Assembly: GCA_963786955.1 (NCBI GenBank)
Contig: CAWBAT010000003.1
Location: 299,654-363,653, forward strand
Direction: 5' to 3'
DNA: 64,000 bases
Source of the DNA: an uncultured Acidimicrobiia bacterium
GTDB lineage: Bacteria; Acidobacteriota; Terriglobia; Versatilivoradales; Versatilivoraceae
Below the pieces are notes generated by a model. It was not told the origin of the DNA. It searched no databases and was given only the letters and a program-made list of their open reading frames with translations. Position numbers and translations under genes: made by a program. Shown in pieces: positions 30,928 through 40,431 of the stretch. The stretch's first letter is position 1, and each line of letters starts with the position of its first letter.

Positions 30928-32250
30928 TCAAGGGGGAGAAGAACGTTTTAAAGCAAAGGTCAAGCTACCGGCCACTGCGTAACACGAGGCGATGAGAAAA
31001 ATCACCCCCGTGAACGAGATTCCGAAACTCAACATGTTTCCGATCAACGTAGGTCCCAAGAATCCACCAAGTGCGGTGAAACAATTGATGAAGCCGACGG
31101 CTGCTGCTGCGGCACTTTCACTCAGACTCATTGTGGTCAAGACCCAATAAGAAGGGATGAACCCATAGATAAAGAAACTGGTCATACAAAGTAAGATCAA
31201 CAGCCAGCCAAAAGACAAGGAAGGGATTGCGGTTAGAATAAAAAAACAGCCGCCGAGAATCAATGGGAGTGCCGTGTGCCAGTATCGTTCCTGCAATCTG
31301 TCGGAAGACCAGCTGAACAGGAGCAATGAAACGATTCCCATGGCAAAAGGAAGCCCTGACACGATCGAGGCCATTTGCGCTGAATAGCCGGAAGCTTTCT
31401 GCACTGTGCTGGGAAGCCATAAATAGAATCCTTGGCCGCCTATGTTAATGAAGAAAGTCATGAGCGAAAGCACAATGACGGGGCGCTGGCGAAAGGCCTG
31501 AAAAACGGTTAATTTTGCCAAGGCCCGCTTCTTCTTTTTTTCTTCTTCCAGTTCTCGATTGACCCACCCTATTTCCTCAGGAGTAAGCCAGTTGGCCTGA
31601 TGCGGACGATCCGTCAAGTAGTATAAAGTCATAACGCCGAGAACCATCGCTGGGATTCCTTCCAGGAGAAATACCCAACGCCAACCCGGAAGTCCAAACC
31701 AACTCAGCTTGAGGATGAGCCCCGAAATGGGGCCCCCAAAGGCGAGGGAAACGGGAATGGCCATGACGAATCGAGCCATGGCGCGCCCCCGATACTTGCT
31801 GGGAAACCATTGATTTAAGTAAACGATGACCCCGGGGAAAAAACCGGCCTCGGCAACCCCCAACACAAAACGGGCCACGTAAAAATGCGTCGCGGTATGG
31901 ATGAAGCCGGTCAACGTCGTGCACAAACCCCAACTCAATAGGATTCGAGCAAACCATCGTCTGGCGCCCCATTTCTGAACGATCAGGCCTCCCGGGATCT
32001 CCAGCAATAAGTACCCAGCAAAGAACAGGCCAGCGCCAAAACCGTAAACGGCTTCGGAAAACCCCAGCTGCTTCGACATCTCCAACTTAGCGTAGGCTAC
32101 ATTGGCTCGATCCAGGAAGGCGACAACATAAAGAATGAAGACGAATGGGAGAATACGCCTCCGGATCTTTCGCATCGCGGTCGATTCAACCGAGCCGGAT
32201 GCTTGGAAAGAATTCAGGTTTGAGGGACTCGCACTTTTTTCATGAGTCAT
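30928..32250 (-). CDS. MFS transporter, ACS family (tartrate/sugar-acid-like)
   Basis: AFLDRAN, EIPG, AEAGFFPG, WRWVFLLEGIP and SSDRLQER motifs. Confidence 0.9.
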   Translation of the reverse strand: MTHEKSASPSNLNSFQASGSVESTAMRKIRRRILPFVFILYVVAFLDRANVAYAKLEMSKQLGFSEAVYGFGAGLFFAGYLLLEIPGGLIVQKWGARRWFARILLSWGLCTTLTGFIHTATHFYVARFVLGVAEAGFFPGVIVYLNQWFPSKYRGRAMARFVMAIPVSLAFGGPISGLILKLSWFGLPGWRWVFLLEGIPAMVLGVMTLYYLTDRPHQANWLTPEEIGWVNRELEEEKKKKRALAKLTVFQAFRQRPVIVLSLMTFFINIGGQGFYLWLPSTVQKASGYSAQMASIVSGLPFAMGIVSLLLFSWSSDRLQERYWHTALPLILGGCFFILTAIPSLSFGWLLILLCMTSFFIYGFIPSYWVLTTMSLSESAAAAAVGFINCFTALGGFLGPTLIGNMLSFGISFTGVIFLIASCYAVAGSLTFALKRSSPP

Positions 32251-32417
32251 AGGGTCAGGGATCTGCAGTTCTCCAGGAGCGTTTCGAAAGGCTGTCCTGC
32301 ATTTTAAATAGATTCGTTCTCTTGAAAGGCCTGATCCTATACCGAATGGAAATCGAAATGAAGAACTGTTTCTGTCAGAAAAGAGGAGGTTTTTGTCAGT
32401 TTGGGCCTAGAGTTCTT

Positions 32418-33221
32418 CTACTGTGAATTCATATTCCAAATCTCCTCGTCGGTATAGAGCGGGATTGGGCGGAGCGAAAGCCCTCCGTCCACCACGATGT
32501 CGGAGCCGGTTGTATAACTGCTCAGACGATCTGAAAGCAGCAATACCGCCGCGGCCCCAATTTCTCTTGTGTCACCAAAACGGCGGAGAGGGATTTGAGA
32601 TTTCAGAGTGGCCTCAATGTGAGGGGCGATGCCCGAAGTCAACCGAGTCGGGTAATGACCCGGAGTGATCTGATTGACCCGGATTCCAAACGGGGCGAGC
32701 TCAATCGCGAGAGTTTCCATATACATCTTTAGGCCCATTTTTGAGATTCGATAAATGGACTCCCGGTAGCTTGGACAAAATCTTACCGTGGAATTGACGA
32801 TCAGGATGCTTCCAGACCGTCTCGGAATTAAGTGACGACTGACTTCTCGGCAAGCCCACACACAGGAAGCCAAATTGGTATTGATCGTCAGATAAAAGGC
32901 TTCTTCCGTAATCTCAGTTGCGGGCTGGTGTCGTGCTATGGCCGCATTGTTTACGAACAAGTCCAGTTCCCCCAGCAACTCGATCGCCTGGCGCACCATC
33001 TCCACAGCCTGGGATGGGTCACTGACATCGGCCTGAATAAAAACTGCCTTGCCGCTCAACTTCTGGAGCTCTGCCATCGCGTCAGGCGCCGGATCGAGTG
33101 CTGCTACCGCCAACTGGACTCCTTCTTCCGCAAGCGCTCTGGCAATACCCAATCCAATTCCCATGTTGCCACCTGTGATCAAACATTTCTTGCCTCTCAA
33201 TTCGGGGTCCATATTTTCCAC
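32418..33221 (-). CDS. SDR-family oxidoreductase
   Basis: TGGNMGIG, NNAAI, YRISK and GSDIVVDGG motifs. Confidence 0.92.
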   Translation of the reverse strand: MENMDPELRGKKCLITGGNMGIGLGIARALAEEGVQLAVAALDPAPDAMAELQKLSGKAVFIQADVSDPSQAVEMVRQAIELLGELDLFVNNAAIARHQPATEITEEAFYLTINTNLASCVWACREVSRHLIPRRSGSILIVNSTVRFCPSYRESIYRISKMGLKMYMETLAIELAPFGIRVNQITPGHYPTRLTSGIAPHIEATLKSQIPLRRFGDTREIGAAAVLLLSDRLSSYTTGSDIVVDGGLSLRPIPLYTDEEIWNMNSQ

Positions 33222-33315
33222 CCTTCGTTCAATTCGGCAACGCGGATCTGGTAGAGAGAATCAACCGGTGCGGCGATTTCTTGCGACGACTCTAGTATTA
33301 AGTTGAGGAAGTCGG

Positions 33316-33369
33316 TGTTGTAGCTGGCCCCGCTGGGGCCGGCCGGGGTCAACGTCCCCGGCTACAGCA
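33316..33369. repeat. GTAGC-type REP hairpin
   Basis: Inverted relative of 35806-35863 (ccggggtcaacgtccccggctacagc). Confidence 0.65.
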
Positions 33370-33468
33370 ATTACCGCAAATTTGTGCAACTCAGCACCAA
33401 AGCAAAAGTAAAATAGTAGTTAATCTGGCATAACAAGCAAAAGGCGTCAAGCGCATGGACAGTCTGTG

Positions 33469-33638
33469 CGTAATGCGTTAGTTACGGGGGGAAATCTGTA
33501 AGGGCAAGGCATTCGGTGACGATTTGAGATTGTCGCTTCTGTAGAGGCTGAGTGGGTAGGGACGGACCGCCGGGCCGTCCGCGGCGCGCTCGGCGAGCGC
33601 GCCCTACCAGAAATTCCCCCGATAACTAACGCATTACG
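33469..33638. mobile_element. 170-bp MITE-like element carrying a REP doublet
   Basis: Terminal inverted repeats CGTAATGCGTTAGTTA(c)GGGGG and CCCCCGATAACTAACGCATTACG. Confidence 0.7.
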
Positions 33639-33720
33639 TCTCTGTTGGGCTCAAGTTTGCCAGTGGTCGAGTCGCCCTTCGGGCTGTGTCTATTGAAACG
33701 CGGCCGTTCCAGTTAAACGC

Positions 33721-33749
33721 TTGACCGGGATTTTGTCGCTGGATACAAT
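33721..33749 (+). promoter_or_regulatory. Sigma70-like promoter
   Basis: TTGACC-17 bp-TACAAT, ~80 bp upstream of the dehydrogenase gene. Confidence 0.6.
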
Positions 33750-33826
33750 TGCCGACATTGAAAGAGAGCACCCGATCCCCACGCTCGACTTGATTACCAA
33801 AGAGCTGAATTCAGAGGTTTGAGGGC

Positions 33827-34853
33827 ATGAAGGCCGCAGTAATGCATTCTGTGAAAGCTCCTTTGGTCATCGAGGACGTTCCTGTGCCTAAAATTGGCCC
33901 CAGGGAAGTCTTGGTGGAAACCCGCACCAGCGGGATTTGTGGAACCGACCTGCATATTCTGGAAGGACACGGTTACGTCCCCCAGTTGCCTCATATCCTC
34001 GGGCATGAGCCCGCAGGAGTGGTCGCCGAAATCGGCAGCGAAGTCAGTGGATTTCAACTTGGCGATCGCGTTGTCCCCCATCTTTTCTTCAGTTGTGATC
34101 GTTGTTACTTCTGCCGGGTTGGCCGTCACCAGCAGTGTGTCGAACTGAAAGGGATTCTGGGTGTGCTCTGTAATGGAGCGTTTGCCGAGTTTTTTAAAGT
34201 GCCCGCCGCAAATCTGTTTCATCTTCCAGCGGAAGTGCCTTTCGATGCGGGTGGGTTAGCGGCGGATGCTGTGGTGACTGGACTTCATGCCGTGAAGCGA
34301 GCGAATCCCTTGGTTGGGACGTCCGCACTGGTCTACGGCGCAGGAGGCGTCGGGCAAATCTTAATTCAACTCCTTGGCGCCGGAGGAGTCCGGGTGGTGG
34401 CCATAGACCGGTCTCTCGAAAAACTGCAGCTAGCCAAAGATATGGGGGCGGCTCTCGCTCTGGATGTTCATGATGAAAAAACGGGCCTGACGATTCAGGA
34501 GTTCAGTGGCAGCTCCGGGGTGCAGTGTGCTTTTGATTGTGTAGGGACTGCTCAATCGATGAGAGATTGCGCTCGCTCATGTCATGAAGGGGGGACGCAT
34601 CGTAGTTATCGGCGAAGAGCCAGAATTTCCAGGCATTGAAACAACGGAGATTGCTCAGCGCGAACTGGAAATCATTGGCTCGCGAAACGGGACCAGGCAA
34701 GACATGGTTGAAGTCCTTGCGTTGCTGAAATCCGGTATCATCAAACCCTATGTGGCTGCTCGATTTCGTTTGCAGGAGATCAACACGGCGTTTGAATTTA
34801 TGCGGTACCCAATCCTTGGGTCGAGTGGTGGTTGTTGTAAAAGAGTAATTTGA
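33827..34853 (+). CDS. Zinc-dependent alcohol/sugar dehydrogenase (MDR), frameshifted
   Basis: GICGTDLH, GHEPAG, CDRCYFC...C and GAGGVG motifs. Confidence 0.9.
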
Positions 34854-34895
34854 AGCGTTATGCCATTGTGATGAATTTAATGAGGTGAACAAGAG

Positions 34896-35768
34896 ATGGA
34901 AAAGTTAGTCATTACCATAACCTGCGATTCCACCATGTCATATCCGCGGAATCCGTATAACCCGAATGGAGTGGAGGCTCTGGCCGAAGAATACGTTCGA
35001 TCCGTCAATGTCGGAGCTGCAATCTGCCATCTCCACGGCCCTTATTTCCTGGATGAAAAGATTCGCCCGGATGGAACCAAATTGTCAGATCTCGACTTGC
35101 CGGGGTGGCAGCGCTTAAAGGATCTGATTACGAACCGGTGCAAGCCGGTGATTCAGTATGGAATCGCGAATGGACGCTTCCCCCAACGTGTCGAGCTGAT
35201 GAAGCAGAGACCCGACATGATGTCGATTTGTTTCAACGCTCATGACGAATGTTTTCAGCCGGATCCTAAATATCCTCCCGTGGAGCTTTACGGAATCCAT
35301 GACCGCGAAGAGCTTGAGAAGTATTGCCGGTTTACCCGGGAAAATGGTGTGAAGCCGGAAGTTGAATCGTTTCATTACGGCGGGATTTGGAACGCACGCC
35401 GCTTTATCGACATGGGCCTTTTGGATACACCAGTTTGGACCACTTTTTTCCTGGGTTGGCCGGGAGGTTGCTGGACGCCCCCAACGGTTGAGGCCATGCA
35501 GTATATGCATCATCACAAGCCGGCGGACTTTAACTACAGCGTGAGTGTCATGGATCCTCCGACGCAGTGGCAGGTGCTGACCCAGTCCATTCTGCTAGGC
35601 GGACATGTCCGCGTGGGAATGGAAGACAACCCTTATTTGGACCTCAAGGGGACTCTGGCAAAAAGCAATGCCGAGCTAGTTGAGAAGATCGTACGGATCT
35701 CCAGGGAATTGGGCCGCGACATCGCTTCACCGGAGGAAGCGCGAAAGATTACAGGTTTGACCGTTTAG
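34896..35768 (+). CDS. Beta-keto acid cleavage enzyme (DUF849/Kce family)
   Basis: GAAICHLH, KPEVE, GGHVRVGMEDN, SNAELV and ASPEEAR motifs. Confidence 0.9.
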   Translation: MEKLVITITCDSTMSYPRNPYNPNGVEALAEEYVRSVNVGAAICHLHGPYFLDEKIRPDGTKLSDLDLPGWQRLKDLITNRCKPVIQYGIANGRFPQRVELMKQRPDMMSICFNAHDECFQPDPKYPPVELYGIHDREELEKYCRFTRENGVKPEVESFHYGGIWNARRFIDMGLLDTPVWTTFFLGWPGGCWTPPTVEAMQYMHHHKPADFNYSVSVMDPPTQWQVLTQSILLGGHVRVGMEDNPYLDLKGTLAKSNAELVEKIVRISRELGRDIASPEEARKITGLTV

Positions 35769-35805
35769 TCCGCGCTGGTGTTAAGTGTCACAAATTCGTA
35801 GTAAT

Positions 35806-35980
35806 TGTTGTAGCCGGGGTCGTTGACCCCGGCCAGGGCCGGCCTCATCGAGGCCGGCTACAGCTAAGAATGATTCTCGAGGTTTCACAGCACATGGTAG
35901 GGCGGTCTCGTTGAGACCGCCGCAAACGTTCGTTGTAGCCGGGGTCGTTGACCCCGGCCAGGGACGGCCTCATCGAGGCC
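35806..35980. repeat. REP cluster
   Basis: gttgtagccggggtcgttgaccccggccaggg occurs twice, plus gtagggcggtctcgttgagaccgcc. Confidence 0.78.
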
Positions 35981-36185
35981 GTGGTTGGACGGGAGAAGGC
36001 GGGCACCTTGGTAGATCGCCTTCTTGGCGTCCTTGGCGTTTCGTTCTTCCGTTCACCGGGGAAGCGAGAAAGTTAGCGCTTATAGGTCAACGGCCCCGGC
36101 CGACCCCAGTGGCGCATAACAAAAATCCCTTACTAACTATGCAGTTTCTGAACCAGCAATGGTCTTGATGTGACAAGGAGATTCA

Positions 36186-36959
36186 ATGCAGCGGAACACG
36201 GTAAAGGAAAATTTAAAGAAAGGTTTATCTGTTTTTGGGACGTCCCTGACAGACTGCAGGGATCCAGAGTTTGCGACGTTACTGCATGCCGCCGGATTGG
36301 ATTTCTTCTTTGTGGATATGGAACATTCTCCAACCACCTACAGTGAGATCCAGGGACTCTGCCGGGCTGGGCGGGCTGCGGGCATTCTTCCCATGGTGCG
36401 TGTTCCGCAAAACGAGTCTTTCTTGATCACTCGAGCGCTGGATGTAGGCGCCATGGGTTTGGTGGTGCCACGAGTTCACTCTCCCGCGGAGGCTCGCTCG
36501 GCAGTTGGATACATGAAGTACATGCCCGTGGGCAGGCGTGGTTTCGGGATGCGCAGCATCATAACCGATTACCAGTGGACCAATGCTCGTGAGGAAATGG
36601 ATTCAGCCAACCAGGAGACCATGGCTGTACTGCAAATCGAAAGCAAAGAAGGCTTGGAATCCGTTGAAGAGATCGCCGCGATTCCAGGGGTGGATGCACT
36701 GATGATCGGGCCCTATGACCTGACCATCTCGATGGGCATCGCTGAGGAGTTCCGCAACCCGGTTTTTTGGAAGGCGGTAGATCGCGTCATTCAAGCGTGT
36801 AACCAAGCTGGCATAGCGGCCGGTGTTCAATTTGGAAGTATGGAGTTCTTACGCGAATGTCAAAAGCGCGGCGTCCGGTTCTTGCTCTATTCCAATGACG
36901 TGACGGTGTTGCTCGAAGGTTACAGGCAAGCCATGGCTTTGTTGAGACAGGGATTTTGA
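36186..36959 (+). CDS. HpcH/HpaI aldolase family protein
   Basis: VDMEH, VRVP, ALDVGA, G.RGFG, QIES and GPYDL motifs. Confidence 0.9.
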   Translation: MQRNTVKENLKKGLSVFGTSLTDCRDPEFATLLHAAGLDFFFVDMEHSPTTYSEIQGLCRAGRAAGILPMVRVPQNESFLITRALDVGAMGLVVPRVHSPAEARSAVGYMKYMPVGRRGFGMRSIITDYQWTNAREEMDSANQETMAVLQIESKEGLESVEEIAAIPGVDALMIGPYDLTISMGIAEEFRNPVFWKAVDRVIQACNQAGIAAGVQFGSMEFLRECQKRGVRFLLYSNDVTVLLEGYRQAMALLRQGF

Positions 36960-37009
36960 TCTTTTGAGGTTTTCATCAAGAAACCCGTTGTAGTCGATAG
37001 TGATTTTTA

Positions 37010-37197
37010 AGTAGCGGACCTGAGTCCCCCTTTGAAGGGATTCCGCTCGGGCGGGGATGTAAAGGGTCTGCGGCTTTTTGTGGTGGCCGGAAACGAACTG
37101 CCGCAGAGGCGGAAAGCGCCTCTGCGCTACCGCACAGTCCCCCTTTGAAGGGGGTGCCGCATTGCGGCAGGGGATGTAAAGGATCTGCGGCTTTTAG
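37010..37197. repeat. REP cluster (CCCCCTTTGAAGGGGG family)
   Basis: Two related units; 37134-37196 is a near-exact reverse complement of 60410-60472. Confidence 0.75.
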
Positions 37198-37200
37198 CTT

Positions 37201-37998
37201 GTGGTCGGGAGAACGCCGAAACTATTGAGCACTGAGCGCAGTATCCTATTTAGCTTTGCGCATCCAGACGACGAGAGTTTTCTCGTTGCAGGAATAGCTT
37301 GCAAATACGCTAGCCAGGGAGCGCGCCTGTCTCTATCTATGGCCACTCTAGGCCAGGCTGGCAAAACCGGCAATCCTCCCGTCTGCGCCGCAGCTGAACT
37401 GCCCAGAGTCAGAGAGGCAGAGCTGCATAAGGCAGTTAGTATCCTTGGCATCTCGCATCTGCGCTTGTTGGGTTATCAAGACAAAGAATTGGCTGCAGCG
37501 CACCCCGAAGAAATCCGCCGTAAGTTGGTGCACGAGATCCGGCTGCATCAGCCTCAAATTGTCATAACCTTTGATCCGAACGGGGCGAACCTGCATCCGG
37601 ACCACATCGCCGTCAGTCGTTTTACGATGGATGCCTGCTCGGCGGCCGCTGACCCGCGCTGGTTCCCGGAAGAAGGGAATGCACACCAGGTAGCGCGGGT
37701 TCTCTGGACTCCCCCCGTTTATTTCTGGGAGGTTCTGCGGTCTGGCAAGGCGGCTGAGAAACCTGGCATCGACTTTTTGATTGACATCCAACCCTGGACG
37801 CAACGTAAAACAGAGGCGCTGCGAGCCCACCGCAGTCAGCATCTGTCTATCAATCGAATCTTCTTTAACTCCACAGACACCAACCTGTTGCTGAGTGCGG
37901 AAATCTTTCGGCAAGCCTGGGGGCCGCCACTTTCCCAGAGACCATTGGATGACCTGTTTGCTGGTATCGAGACGAACCAGTCGATACACGCCGTCTGA
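37201..37998 (+). CDS. PIG-L family deacetylase
   Basis: FAHPDDE, REAEL, HPDH and ALRAHRSQ motifs. Confidence 0.9.
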   Translation: MVGRTPKLLSTERSILFSFAHPDDESFLVAGIACKYASQGARLSLSMATLGQAGKTGNPPVCAAAELPRVREAELHKAVSILGISHLRLLGYQDKELAAAHPEEIRRKLVHEIRLHQPQIVITFDPNGANLHPDHIAVSRFTMDACSAAADPRWFPEEGNAHQVARVLWTPPVYFWEVLRSGKAAEKPGIDFLIDIQPWTQRKTEALRAHRSQHLSINRIFFNSTDTNLLLSAEIFRQAWGPPLSQRPLDDLFAGIETNQSIHAV

Positions 37999-38093
37999 GC
38001 CCACAATCATTGAGCTGCATTCGGCATGGAGAAATTGAGTCCTAGCCGCTCGATCTTCGGTTTTCCTCGCAAATAATTCGGGATCGTCGGATC

Positions 38094-38471
38094 TTATTTG
38101 TTCAAGCTGCTGCCCGTCAGGGTTTTGAGAAAGGCACGCAGGGCATTCTTTTCCTCTGCTATAAGGGAGAGGGGACCGATGTCGGGGTCGAGTTCAGGAT
38201 TAGAATTTTCGCCGCCATCATAGAAATTCAGCACCTCTTCCAGACTCTTGAAGCTGCCGTCGTGCATGTAGGGCGCTGTCAGTTTGATATCGCGCAGCGC
38301 GCCGTTCCGCGGCTGATGGCAATCCGAACAGGCCAGGCTTTTGTCGGACGAAAGCCGTTTGTCGAAATAGAGCTTCCGCCCCAGCGCGACCTTTTCTTCT
38401 GTCAAAGGATTCTCCGTTGGAGCCAGCAAACCGCAGTCGAGGCCGAGAGGGATTTGGATCACGAGAAACAA
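38094..38471 (-). pseudogene. Internally deleted di-heme cytochrome c peroxidase (MauG/CcpA-like)
   Basis: N-terminal LGRKLYFDKRLS...CSDCH is joined in frame to C-terminal LRDIKLTAPYMHDG...FLKTLTG. Confidence 0.75.
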
Positions 38472-38760
38472 GACGATCGCATCTATTTATGGATAGCTTC
38501 GCCTTGCGCCAGCGTCTTCTGTCACGACGAGCCCAGGTAGTCACGATCACGAGTTTTTTCCGTGATCGTGGGCTTTTTGGCTCGAGTAGAGGAACCTTGT
38601 GAAGCTCAAAACGGCAGTTGAAACCCAGACACAGAGAGAGAGCGGCCGGCATGCCCCAATCTGTTGACTTGCTCTCTCATTATTTATTTTTTAAGGGATG
38701 ACACTTTTCCCCTGTGTCAAGCGTTCTTGGCTTGGTCCCCTTGAGAATTTTATTGCTTTG

Positions 38761-39111
38761 TTACCGCTTGCGCACACCGCGGTCTGAGACCACGAACAGG
38801 TGCCCGGATAAGTCGCTCTCTAAGAGCAGTGGCAAATGCTGGAGAACAAATGAGAGTACAATGTTTCTGCCACTGCTGGGAGGTCGAAATAGAATGATCC
38901 CAGAATACCGGGCTGGGGGGAAAGACTGGATGTTTGCAACACCTTTATCCAGGGTCAGAAAGGTCCGCTTTTCTTTCAGTGCTTCTGCCAGGACAGTCGA
39001 ATCAGGTGCTCCAGTAAGCCCTTCATCCTGAACCGTGTCAGCTTCGTAGCCTAAAGAACGAAGCTGTGATGCAATTTCCGAGGGCAGATTCTCATCAATC
39101 TTGAACTTCAT
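38761..39111 (-). CDS. DUF5615 PIN-like protein (putative toxin)
   Basis: MKFKIDENLP, G..D..V and LTLDK motifs; overlaps the DUF433 stop codon. Confidence 0.85.
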   Translation of the reverse strand: MKFKIDENLPSEIASQLRSLGYEADTVQDEGLTGAPDSTVLAEALKEKRTFLTLDKGVANIQSFPPARYSGIILFRPPSSGRNIVLSFVLQHLPLLLESDLSGHLFVVSDRGVRKR

Positions 39112-39344
39112 TCGGCACGCAGAGGGAGCAGACTTTCTTCATGGGCCAGTTCAGCCGCATAGGCAATGGCCGCGTCAATGTGCTCTGGCCGAAGGGAAGG
39201 GTAGCTCTTAAGAATTTCCTCGCGCGTTGCCCCTTCAGCCATGCTATCGAGGATGTTCGTGACCAGCACCCGAGTGCCCCTGGCACAAAGCTGTCCGCTG
39301 CAAATAACCGGATTACTCACGAGGTAATCTCGCCATTGAATCAT
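39108..39344 (-). CDS. DUF433 protein (putative antitoxin)
   Basis: P.IC.G..C.RGTRV.V, EEILKSYPSL and I.AAIAYA motifs. Confidence 0.9.
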   Translation of the reverse strand: MIQWRDYLVSNPVICSGQLCARGTRVLVTNILDSMAEGATREEILKSYPSLRPEHIDAAIAYAAELAHEESLLPLRAE

Positions 39345-39794
39345 GCGAACCCTCCGATTTCTTCGCCTTTCTTCGTTTCCCGCCGATTAAACCCCACAAA
39401 TATAAACTCGAAAAACTCCAATCGTCGTACTACTCAAACCTGTATCATATCTCGATGCTCCTTAAGCCGCATCAACATTTCTTTCTAGTCCCGCCCCATA
39501 GTTTCTCGCTCGTGCTCAGGCGGTTCAGACGAAGGCCTATCAGGCCTTGTACTGGATGGTGGGGTTGATGGTGTATCCAGAGCAGCGCCCGTTGAGTGGC
39601 GTACCGAATTAAACGATCTATCGTCATAGTCACTCAATGAATAGATATTACTTTTTCCCGTGGTTTTCTAAGGAGTTGCATAGTCCCGTAGCGAAGAGGC
39701 AGATTGCGCCTCTCTGGCATTTGTGAAAACCGCGGCTGTAGCCGGCCTCGGTGAGGCTCTGGCTTGCAGGCAAATACATCGAGAAGTTTGGTTG

Positions 39795-40046
39795 AGCCTA
39801 CAGGTCGCTCCTCTGGAGCTTTCAAGACCGATGGCCCCTGCTTACTTACTATATACCGGAGGCTCCTAACGGAGCCAACGGCTTGTTGAAAGGTTGAAGG
39901 TGGCGAAAATTTCGTCGATGATAAAGCCGCGGAGCGGCGATCTGTGTATAGAACCTGATGTTCGTTAAAGAACAGAGCTCCGTCAGGAGCGACCTGTATG
40001 TAGTATCCGGCGACGATCGGTCCCGAGAGCTCCAGAGGAGCGACCC
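39795..40046. repeat. REP cluster (GCTCC..AGGAGCGACC family)
   Basis: Copies at about 39800-39819 (minus), 39976-40003 and 40028-40046; another copy at about 1515-1536. Confidence 0.7.
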
Positions 40047-40151
40047 GTGAGTACGGATCCCGCTTTTCGATGCATATCGGGCAAACTAGAATCTTGGAAG
40101 CCACGATCAATGCGCTTTTGGCATTGGTCGTAGTTTTTTTCAAGTGCCGCC

Positions 40152-40186
40152 AAAAGCCCCCGGTCAGCGTCTATCGCTGACCGGGG
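40152..40186 (-). terminator. Rho-independent terminator downstream of the LRR gene
   Basis: 12-bp stem CCCCGGTCAGCG/CGCTGACCGGGG followed by GCTTTT on the minus strand. Confidence 0.7.
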
Positions 40187-40431
40187 ATAATTGAATGGGG
40201 GTCATGACTACTTCGTCTTGTGAATCACGATGCTCCCTCCAGAGATAGCTTGCGGCTCTGCCGTGTTGAGGTCAGTGGACTGGCCGCGCTGGTTGTCGTA
40301 AACGACCTTGCCGTAGTTAGGAGAAGAGGGATCGATGTCGGAAATCTTGATACGGAACAAGGAATTGGTTCTGCAAACATCGGCTTCGCCACTGAAATCT
40401 TAAGCGTTATATGCATTTGTGTTACCAATCT

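Noticed and set aside
39634-40143. 169-aa ORF
   Set aside because: It runs through a REP cluster and has no recognisable domain.
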